Assembly (NCBI GenBank): GCA_043809245.1
Contig: JAZDDZ010000041.1
Coordinates: forward strand, 1 to 14,701
Reading direction: 5' to 3'
DNA: 14,701 nucleotides
From: Candidatus Iainarchaeum sp.
Lineage (GTDB): Archaea > Iainarchaeota > Iainarchaeia > Iainarchaeales > JAZDDZ01
Below are positions 8,719 through 14,329 of this stretch, piece by piece; positions within the stretch are counted from its first letter, which is position 1, and each line of letters starts with the position of its first letter. The notes below the pieces were generated by a model. That model worked only from the letters and a program-made list of their open reading frames with translations. It was not told where the DNA came from and made no database searches. Position numbers and translations under genes: made by a program.

Positions 8719-8967
8719 CTATCGTTTCTTTTTTCTGAAAATCCTTTTATGCAGAACAGTGAGGTAAAGGTGGAGAACAAGCAGAACCACAAAGGGAATT
8801 GTCAGCACGTCATGCAGTGTAAATGAAAGCGCCTTGTTCAGCAATCCAAAGGTCAATGCTTCCACTTCGCGGTAATAACTTATCCCAAAACCAGATACAA
8901 CGATTACAACAGTCACAGCCATGAATGCCCAGTGAACCGCTTTTTTTGCCAGCAGAAACCTGTCCAT
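8719..8967 (-). CDS. Small 2-TM protein with three membrane His residues (cytochrome b half-domain-like / DUF4405-like)
   Basis: VHW, SG, LHD and LHL pattern. Starts 1 nt after the stop of the Mo-oxidoreductase gene. Confidence 0.65.
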   Translation of the reverse strand: MDRFLLAKKAVHWAFMAVTVVIVVSGFGISYYREVEALTFGLLNKALSFTLHDVLTIPFVVLLVLHLYLTVLHKRIFRKKKR

Positions 8968-8968
8968 T

Positions 8969-9649
8969 TTAACCGCCTATGAATGAGTTATCCAAGTCAC
9001 CTGTGTTTGAATAGCCCCTGCTCTCCCAGTAGCCCCTGTAATTCGTGTCATCTGAAAGCTCTATCGCTGTAATCCATTTAATCCACTTGTAGCCCCACTT
9101 GCTTTCCGCTACAAGCTGGAAGGGAAATCCCCTTTCAGGCGGAAGCTTCAAGCCATTCATTTTGTAAGCCATCAGGATGTCGTTGTCCATTACGTACTCA
9201 ATCGGGAAGGAGGTTGTGTAGCCGTCGTACGCGTGAAAAATAACTGTTTTAGCGTTCTCAGATGCCTTTGAATTATTTATTATGTCCCTTACTAAAACGC
9301 CTTCCCATAAAATTTTAACACTCCAGCCCTCGACGCAGTTAAGTGTCACGATTTTTTGATAGCTTTGGAAGCCGTTTACAACTTCACTGTAAGAATAACT
9401 TTTAGGCGTTTCAACAAGTCCTGTCACGCCAAGCTTGTACAGGCTTTCATCTACTTGCTGCGGCCCCTTAATTGAGTTTTCCCTGAAATCATTCACGGAT
9501 GAAAGGTCAATGCCATTGTAATCCTGCACTTCAATGGTCTTCAATGGAATTGAGGAGCCCTGTTCAATAAGGTCCTGCTGCTGAATGCACCCTATGAAAA
9601 GAACGAGCGCCAAAAAGCACACTGCAAAAATAATTCCCGCTTTTCTCAT
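8969..9649 (-). CDS. Molybdopterin-dependent oxidoreductase, sulfite-oxidase fold (MsrP/YedY/YuiH-like), with a lipoprotein signal
   Basis: L-x-V-x-GLVE, the Mo-ligand Cys motif CVEGWS, WEGV, GYTTS, AY-x-MNG-x-x-LP-x-x-x-GFP, GYKWIKW and GYWE-x-RGY. N-terminal LVLFIGC lipobox. Confidence 0.9.
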   Translation of the reverse strand: MRKAGIIFAVCFLALVLFIGCIQQQDLIEQGSSIPLKTIEVQDYNGIDLSSVNDFRENSIKGPQQVDESLYKLGVTGLVETPKSYSYSEVVNGFQSYQKIVTLNCVEGWSVKILWEGVLVRDIINNSKASENAKTVIFHAYDGYTTSFPIEYVMDNDILMAYKMNGLKLPPERGFPFQLVAESKWGYKWIKWITAIELSDDTNYRGYWESRGYSNTGDLDNSFIGG

Positions 9650-9665
9650 TTTTTTTCACATCCAT

Positions 9666-10136
9666 TCAGAAATGGCACGCTTTCCTTCCCGTTTTCAGAA
9701 AATACTTCTGATGGTATTCTTCCGCTTCAAAAAATTCTTTTGCAGGCGTTATCTCCGTGGCAATCGGGCTGCTGTACTTTCCGCTTTTCTCCATTTTTTC
9801 CTTTGATTTTAACGCTTCTTCTTTTTGCTTTTCATTGAGGTAAAAAATTGCGGAACGGTACTGTGCCCCTACATCAGGCCCCTGCCTGTTCATTGTAGTG
9901 GGGTTGTGGATGCCCCAGAACACATCCAGCAGTTTTTCAAATGAAATTTTTTGCGGGTCAAAGGTTACCTCAACCGATTCAGCGTGCCCTGTTTTTCCCG
10001 AACAAACCTGTTCGTATGAAGGCTTTGCTGTTGTTCCGCCGGTATAGCCGACGCGTGTTTCAGTCACTCCGTTCAAGGTCCTGAACGCTTCTTCCACTCC
10101 CCAAAAGCATCCCGCTGCAAAAATCGCTTTCTCCAT
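9666..10136 (-). CDS. msrA: Peptide-methionine (S)-S-oxide reductase MsrA
   Basis: [12 protein letters not shown]-x-GG, TGHAE, RQGPDVG-x-[12 protein letters not shown] and a C-terminal Cys. RBS GGAGTGA precedes ATG 10136. Confidence 0.97.
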   Translation of the reverse strand: MEKAIFAAGCFWGVEEAFRTLNGVTETRVGYTGGTTAKPSYEQVCSGKTGHAESVEVTFDPQKISFEKLLDVFWGIHNPTTMNRQGPDVGAQYRSAIFYLNEKQKEEALKSKEKMEKSGKYSSPIATEITPAKEFFEAEEYHQKYFLKTGRKACHF

Positions 10137-10143
10137 TTTTTTT

Positions 10144-10560
10144 TCACTCCTTTTTTTCCTCAAATTCAAGTGCGCACGAATTAATGCAGAACCGTTTCCC
10201 TGTTTTAGTGGGGCCATCATCAAACACGTGCCCCAAATGGCTTCCGCACCTAGGACACTTCACTTCAATCCTTTTCATGCCGTGGCTTTCATCTTCCTTC
10301 AGCTCCACTTTTCCTTCACCCATTGGCGCGTCAAAGCTCGGCCAGCCTGTTCCTGACTCAAATTTTGCCTCTGATGGAAAAATTTCAAAACCGCATGCGC
10401 CGCACTTGTAAACGCCTTTTTTCTTGTTGTGCAATAACTTGCCGGTGAAAGGCATTTCCGTGCCCTTTTCACGCAAAACCCTGAACTTTTCCCCGTCCAA
10501 TTCTTTCTTCCATTCCTCTTGGGTTTTTTCAATTTTTTTCATTGGCTTTTTTTCTTCCAT
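10144..10560 (-). CDS. msrB: Peptide-methionine (R)-S-oxide reductase MsrB (Zn-binding type)
   Basis: GTE-x-PFTG, two CxxC motifs, KF-x-SGTGWPSF, HLGHVF-x-DGP and RFCINS. Confidence 0.97.
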   Translation of the reverse strand: MEEKKPMKKIEKTQEEWKKELDGEKFRVLREKGTEMPFTGKLLHNKKKGVYKCGACGFEIFPSEAKFESGTGWPSFDAPMGEGKVELKEDESHGMKRIEVKCPRCGSHLGHVFDDGPTKTGKRFCINSCALEFEEKKE

Positions 10561-10611
10561 GCATTTTTCCCTTCTCTTAACTTTATGTAAATATAGAATA
10601 AAAAAAAGAGT

Positions 10612-10639
10612 AAAAAAGGCTATGCATTTAGCCTTTTTT
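10612..10639. terminator. Perfect 11-bp hairpin with A/T tails, terminator-like
   Basis: AAAAAAGGCTA-tgcatt-TAGCCTTTTTT, overlapping the stop of the 10638-10931 gene. Confidence 0.65.
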
Positions 10640-10931
10640 ATGCTCTTGCCCAGATGGCTGTGTAGTCAGTGTCGCCTGGTCCTGAGTGCGGTCCTGCGGG
10701 AACGCCTGTTCCATCTCCGTTTGTCGCGTGAACCGGCACCATTACATTTGGCCCGCCTATCGTGTAATCTCCTGTGTCGCCCAGCGCTGCTCCTTTTGGG
10801 CTGTTCAAAACTGCCGATGTTGATATTACCGGGCAAACAAATCCGCCTGTTTTTTCAACTGCCGCTGCCGCTGATACGCTGAAAGCAAGGGAAACAAGCA
10901 TTGCTGCAACAATTAAACCAGCTATTTTCAT
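10638..10931 (-). CDS. Small secreted Gly/Pro-rich protein of unknown function (97 aa)
   Basis: Sec signal MKIAGLIVAAMLVSLAFSVSA, perfect RBS GGAGGTGA at 10936-10943, and an upstream TATA at 10968-10975. Confidence 0.8.
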   Translation of the reverse strand: MKIAGLIVAAMLVSLAFSVSAAAAVEKTGGFVCPVISTSAVLNSPKGAALGDTGDYTIGGPNVMVPVHATNGDGTGVPAGPHSGPGDTDYTAIWARA

Positions 10932-10967
10932 GCATTCACCTCCTAGAATTCTCTTGTGTGTTTTTTC

Positions 10968-11016
10968 ATTTATAATGTTTTTTCCAGATTTTTCCCAGAT
11001 TCTCACGGTTTTTAAT
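10968..11016. promoter_or_regulatory. Divergent promoter region with an AATCTGG direct repeat (11-bp period)
   Basis: Minus strand reads AATCTGGGAAA-AATCTGG-AAAAAACA-TTATAAAT, with repeat copies at 10995-11001 and 10984-10990. A plus-strand TATA-like TTTTTAAT lies about 25 nt before ATG 11041. Confidence 0.6.
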
Positions 11017-11040
11017 TACTTTTAACTCATCTCTTTAAGC

Positions 11041-11355
11041 ATGTTTGATTCAGATGCTTTCCACAGGAATGTGTGGTATCTTATCGGCGCCACAAGGGGC
11101 GGCCCATTAAGAGCCAGCATAATGGGGGAACTCATGGAAAGGCCATTAAACCCAAACCAGCTTGCCGAAAGGCTTGGCGTTGATTATAAAACAATAACCC
11201 ACCATCTCTCGGTGCTTAAAAAACATAACTGGGTTACAAGCGGTTCGGAAAAATACGCAGAGCTTTTCTATCCCGCGTTCACGGACGAACAGAACGCGAT
11301 TTTCAGGGAAATATTGGCTAAAATTGGAAAAAGTATTAAAAAGACAAAGAGATGA
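11041..11355 (+). CDS. Winged-helix (ArsR-like) transcriptional regulator, archaeal TRGG-type
   Basis: WYLIG-x-TRGG-x-x-R-x-x-I...RP-x-N-x-NQLA-x-x-LG-x-DYKTI-x-HHL-x-VL...KY-x-x-LF. Confidence 0.88.
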   Translation: MFDSDAFHRNVWYLIGATRGGPLRASIMGELMERPLNPNQLAERLGVDYKTITHHLSVLKKHNWVTSGSEKYAELFYPAFTDEQNAIFREILAKIGKSIKKTKR

Positions 11356-11367
11356 TATGTGGTTATC

Positions 11368-11643
11368 ATGGAACTTGTTTTTGTGCTTGAAGCAGCAAAC
11401 ATACTGCTTTTACTTGCCCTTATGTACTTTTATGTGAAAAACTATGTGCACATGAAAACATCTTTCGGCTTGGGGCTGATTGTTTTTGCTTTCTTTCTTC
11501 TAGTGCACAACTTTGTCGCAGCCTATTACAATTTCGCTATGCTGGACTACTATTCGGTGGATGCAATGATTTCAGCCGCAGTGGTAACTGCAATTGAAAC
11601 CGCGGCACTGGCTGTACTGCTTTTCATCACGTTAAGGGAATAG
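11368..11643 (+). CDS. Small 3-TM membrane protein, probable partner of the regulator
   Basis: Three hydrophobic helices with embedded polar residues (N, GL, HN, E). ATG 11368 preferred over GTG 11359. Confidence 0.75.
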   Translation: MELVFVLEAANILLLLALMYFYVKNYVHMKTSFGLGLIVFAFFLLVHNFVAAYYNFAMLDYYSVDAMISAAVVTAIETAALAVLLFITLRE

Positions 11644-11649
11644 CGAAAT

Positions 11650-12966
11650 TCAACCCAAATCAGTTACAATGATGTTGTCAAAGTAGACACCGTCGTCGTT
11701 GTCCCAAGAGTACGGGCCTACTCTGCCGAGTGGAATTGCGCTGCCGGCATCGTAATTCAACACCTCATCCGCGCCGCGGTAAACCTTTACGTTTGCGCCG
11801 TCAACGACTATTCTATAAGTCTCGAATACCCCTGCAGTTGGATAGTCCGTTGTTACATTGGTCTTTACAGGGCTGTTTATGTTCAATACATTTCTGTAAA
11901 TGCTGTACCTTGTTTCCAAATCAACTGAATGGTCTTGTTCCGGGTACTCGTTAAGCGGGTCATCAAACCTGAACAAATAAAAATCACTTGTGTTATTGAA
12001 TGAAAAAACGAATCCATAGCCGTTAATTTGATGTTGTTCTGATGCAACGTCAAAGCTGATTTCATAATGCGTGCTTGCACCCAAATCAGCTGAAACCCTG
12101 GCTGCATTGCATTCATTCGACCTTTCCCTTAAACGAGTGCTGCCGGAATAAGTTACAATGCTCCAATTACAAGATGTCGCATCAAATTTTTCCTCAGGCC
12201 ACCCGCTTAACCCGCCGTCAAAGCCTTCACTCAGCAATTCCGTTGGCGCGGGGGGCGCACTGCATACTCCCGCATCACATGTTTCCCCTGCCATGCAATC
12301 GGTTTCCTGTTTTTCAAGGCAACCGTCACTGTCCGTGTCAGCGCAGGTTTGGTAAGTGTCAGTGTCAACGCATGTTGTGCCAGGCGCACTGCAGCCCGGG
12401 TCGTCGGTGCAGGGTGTTGCGTTAACCGTTATTGTCACGCTGTCAGGTGTTGGATCCCATTCCAGGGCATCATCTTGGGCGTTGAATGTTACAGTATATG
12501 TTCCAGGCGTGTTGAATTGTATGCTGCCCGGGTCCTCGACGTTTGAGTTTGCCGCACCGCCGCCAAAATCCCATTGGTATTCATTGATTGAGCCGTCATC
12601 TGTAACAGTTCCAGTAAAATTAATGCTTTCTCCTTCATTTATTGTTGTATCTGCTGTGGGGGTATCGATTTCCGCATTCGGCGGATTGTTCGCGGGCGTT
12701 GTTCCGCCAGTGCAGCTGCCCATGTCTATTCTGCATCCCGAGCCTGTAACGTAAGTGCAGCTGCATGTTATTGCGCCGATGGTTTTTGTTTGGCTGCCAC
12801 AGTCCGCTGGAAGGGTTTGCGCGCAAAACGCATCTATTGCTCGGTAGGTTACTGCTTCCTGCCCTTGGCCTCCAAGCCCAATCATCAGCGTGATTACAAT
12901 GATTGCTACTACAACCGCGCCTCCAATCAGCAAAAGATATTCCAAAGCTCCTTGAGCATTAGCCAT
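11650..12966 (-). CDS. Class III (pilin-type) signal peptide protein with PKD domain, Cys-rich module and C-terminal ConA/DUF1080-like beta-sandwich
   Basis: N-terminal AQGALEYLLLIGGAVVVA; PKD motifs YQWDFGGG and PGTYTVT; CADTDSDGC; C-terminal GRVG...VYFDNIIV. Confidence 0.82.
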   Translation of the reverse strand: MANAQGALEYLLLIGGAVVVAIIVITLMIGLGGQGQEAVTYRAIDAFCAQTLPADCGSQTKTIGAITCSCTYVTGSGCRIDMGSCTGGTTPANNPPNAEIDTPTADTTINEGESINFTGTVTDDGSINEYQWDFGGGAANSNVEDPGSIQFNTPGTYTVTFNAQDDALEWDPTPDSVTITVNATPCTDDPGCSAPGTTCVDTDTYQTCADTDSDGCLEKQETDCMAGETCDAGVCSAPPAPTELLSEGFDGGLSGWPEEKFDATSCNWSIVTYSGSTRLRERSNECNAARVSADLGASTHYEISFDVASEQHQINGYGFVFSFNNTSDFYLFRFDDPLNEYPEQDHSVDLETRYSIYRNVLNINSPVKTNVTTDYPTAGVFETYRIVVDGANVKVYRGADEVLNYDAGSAIPLGRVGPYSWDNDDGVYFDNIIVTDLG

Positions 12967-13023
12967 TGAGTAATAGAAGTTGCTCTATATATTTAATTTT
13001 TTGCAATGCGAGAAAACAGCGGT

Positions 13024-13368
13024 TCAGGAGCCGCTTCGCGGGTCATAGGCTTCGTATTCCGGCCCCTCAACGCAGGTGTCCATCCTGCAGTCCAGGTAAT
13101 CATTGCAGTAATTGTATGCTGTGAACATGCCGTACATGTCTGTTCCAACGTACTCGCAGCAAGGCCCATCCAGATAACCGCAGTCCCCCGGGTTAGAGTT
13201 TTCGGTTGGATACTGCCCTGTGTCATAATACGTGGTGTTTGGGTCATCCGCAGGGCCTGTTCCGGAATAATTTTCAAGCGCGTTGTATCCCCTGTTTCCG
13301 TCATCAGGGCACCCGCTCAGCAAAACAATTGCAAAAACAGCCGCAATCAGAACCAATTCTGGTTTCAT
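13024..13368 (-). CDS. Small acidic Cys-rich lipoprotein
   Basis: Lipobox-like VLLSGC and a C-terminal six-Cys module (CGYLDGPCC...C...C...C). ATG at 13368. Confidence 0.75.
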   Translation of the reverse strand: MKPELVLIAAVFAIVLLSGCPDDGNRGYNALENYSGTGPADDPNTTYYDTGQYPTENSNPGDCGYLDGPCCEYVGTDMYGMFTAYNYCNDYLDCRMDTCVEGPEYEAYDPRSGS

Positions 13369-13486
13369 CAAAAAATTGGAAGGCAAAATATTTAAAAATG
13401 TTTAAATCCCGCCCCCCAACACCGCTCTACTGGCGCAAGTATGAAGTAAAAGCACCCCGCGGATTTGCCCAGTGCGCAGGTTCATT

Positions 13487-13768
13487 TCATCGCCTGTACA
13501 TATCATCGTGGTGCCCGAATTTGTCAAATAAAATAAAATTCTTTTCTTTGAATACTTTGAAGAAGAGCACGAAGCTTTTCGCAATGTGGACTCTCTTGTA
13601 TTCCTTTAGGCCATATTGCATGTTCTTATAGTGGTCAATGGTTGTTCCATCTGAATCGGCTATCTGCTTGATTTTCTTGTTAAGTATTTCCGCCATTTTT
13701 TTGTCCTTTTTTGCGAGCACGCTAATTGTAGCCTTAAGCTCGTCGGACAAATCAAACGAGAAGGGCAT
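13487..13768 (-). CDS. Type II toxin, RelE/StbE (YafQ-like) mRNA interferase family
   Basis: 93-aa basic protein with YK-x-M-x-x-x-L-x-x-YKRVHI-x-x-SFVL-x-F and C-terminal HHDD-x-Y. Abuts the upstream antitoxin stop. Confidence 0.85.
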   Translation of the reverse strand: MPFSFDLSDELKATISVLAKKDKKMAEILNKKIKQIADSDGTTIDHYKNMQYGLKEYKRVHIAKSFVLFFKVFKEKNFILFDKFGHHDDMYRR

Positions 13769-14032
13769 TTATTCGCCCCTGCAAAGCCTGTCAAGGTCCT
13801 CAACACTCATTTTTCTGAAGCCGTATTTCTTGATGTGCCTGTCGCAGGACTCAATGACCTCCCTGATGACATCTTCCTTGACTTCTGGCTCAACAAAGTC
13901 CTCGCCGCAAAGCTCGGCAAACTTGTCAAGTGCCTCTCCCTTATCTCTCAGGCCATACTTCTCTTTGACAACACCAATCACTCTGTTGGTATAGTCCTTT
14001 ACTTTAACATTCATTGTAACGGTTTTCTGCAT
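13769..14032 (-). CDS. Antitoxin, DUF2683-like ribbon-helix-helix protein
   Basis: N-terminal alternating beta strand (VTMNVKV), TNRVI-x-x-VK-x-KYGL-x-DK-x-x-A, EPE and a terminal S-x-EDL. RBS AGGTGA. Directly upstream of the toxin. Confidence 0.8.
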   Translation of the reverse strand: MQKTVTMNVKVKDYTNRVIGVVKEKYGLRDKGEALDKFAELCGEDFVEPEVKEDVIREVIESCDRHIKKYGFRKMSVEDLDRLCRGE

Positions 14033-14050
14033 ATAATTTCACCTAATATA

Positions 14051-14080
14051 AAATTAGTTAAACTAATTTATAAACCTTTC
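14051..14080 (-). promoter_or_regulatory. Toxin-antitoxin promoter (BRE/TATA) with an overlapping palindromic operator
   Basis: Perfect inverted repeat AAATTAGTT-A-AACTAATTT (14051-14069) overlapping minus-strand GAAAGG-TTTATAAA. Confidence 0.7.
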
Positions 14081-14106
14081 CAGCCAGCGGCACTTAAAGA
14101 GGTAAA

Positions 14107-14297
14107 TCCCGCCTCCCGGATTTGCACCGGGGATCTCTCGGTGCCCGCTTTCGATCGGGCGTGCCGAAGCACTATCTCGCTTGAGCTCGATAGGGCGTGC
14201 TTGCCTTTGGCAAGCAACCAGCACACGGAACACCTACTATTTTTCGGTGTCAATCACAAACTACAGCCGAGCGCAATAGCTACTATGCAAAGGCGGG
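14107..14297 (-). tRNA. tRNA-Tyr: tRNA-Tyr (GUA) with a 118-nt intron at position 37/38 (intron 14143-14260)
   Basis: Acceptor stem CCCGCCT/AGGCGGG with discriminator A (C1:G72 and A73 are archaeal Tyr identity elements); anticodon stem CTCGG/CCGAG; anticodon GTA at 14264-14262; T arm CCCGG-TGCAAAT-CCGGG; BHB central helix CUGU/GCGG. CCA is not encoded. Confidence 0.92.
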
Positions 14298-14329
14298 ATC
14301 AATTATATACTTTACTTTGCGTTAGTTTA

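Larger units (their letters stand above)
13403..14117. repeat. Direct repeat of the tRNA-Tyr 3' end (14 of 15 nt identical), att-like, flanking the toxin-antitoxin pair
   Basis: TAAATCCCGCCCCCC (13403-13417) vs TAAATCCCGCCTCCC (14103-14117), 700 bp apart. Confidence 0.55.

Noticed and set aside
10134-10223. Programmed frameshift producing an MsrB-MsrA fusion (A AAA AAG heptamer just before the msrB stop; msrA frame open upstream to 10223)
   Set aside because: msrA is in the +1 frame relative to msrB, whereas this heptamer promotes -1 shifts. msrA has its own RBS and ATG, and A-runs are common in this window.
6803-10560. Selenocysteine system (SelB-like gene near msrA/msrB)
   Set aside because: The Msr and Mo-enzyme active sites are read as Cys with no in-frame UGA, the only tRNA is Tyr, and the SelB-like protein lacks a P-loop.
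415-13395. Numerous antisense or alternate-frame ORFs (e.g. 415-1011, 6999-7550, 10424-10882, 12356-12754, 13006-13395)
   Set aside because: Shadow ORFs of well-supported genes, with no independent motifs or expression signals.
14143-14260. Box C/D guide RNA in the tRNA intron (GUGAUUG near the 5' end, CCGA copies)
   Set aside because: The C-like box deviates from RUGAUGA, there is no CUGA, and these bases are already explained by the outer helix that supports the BHB.
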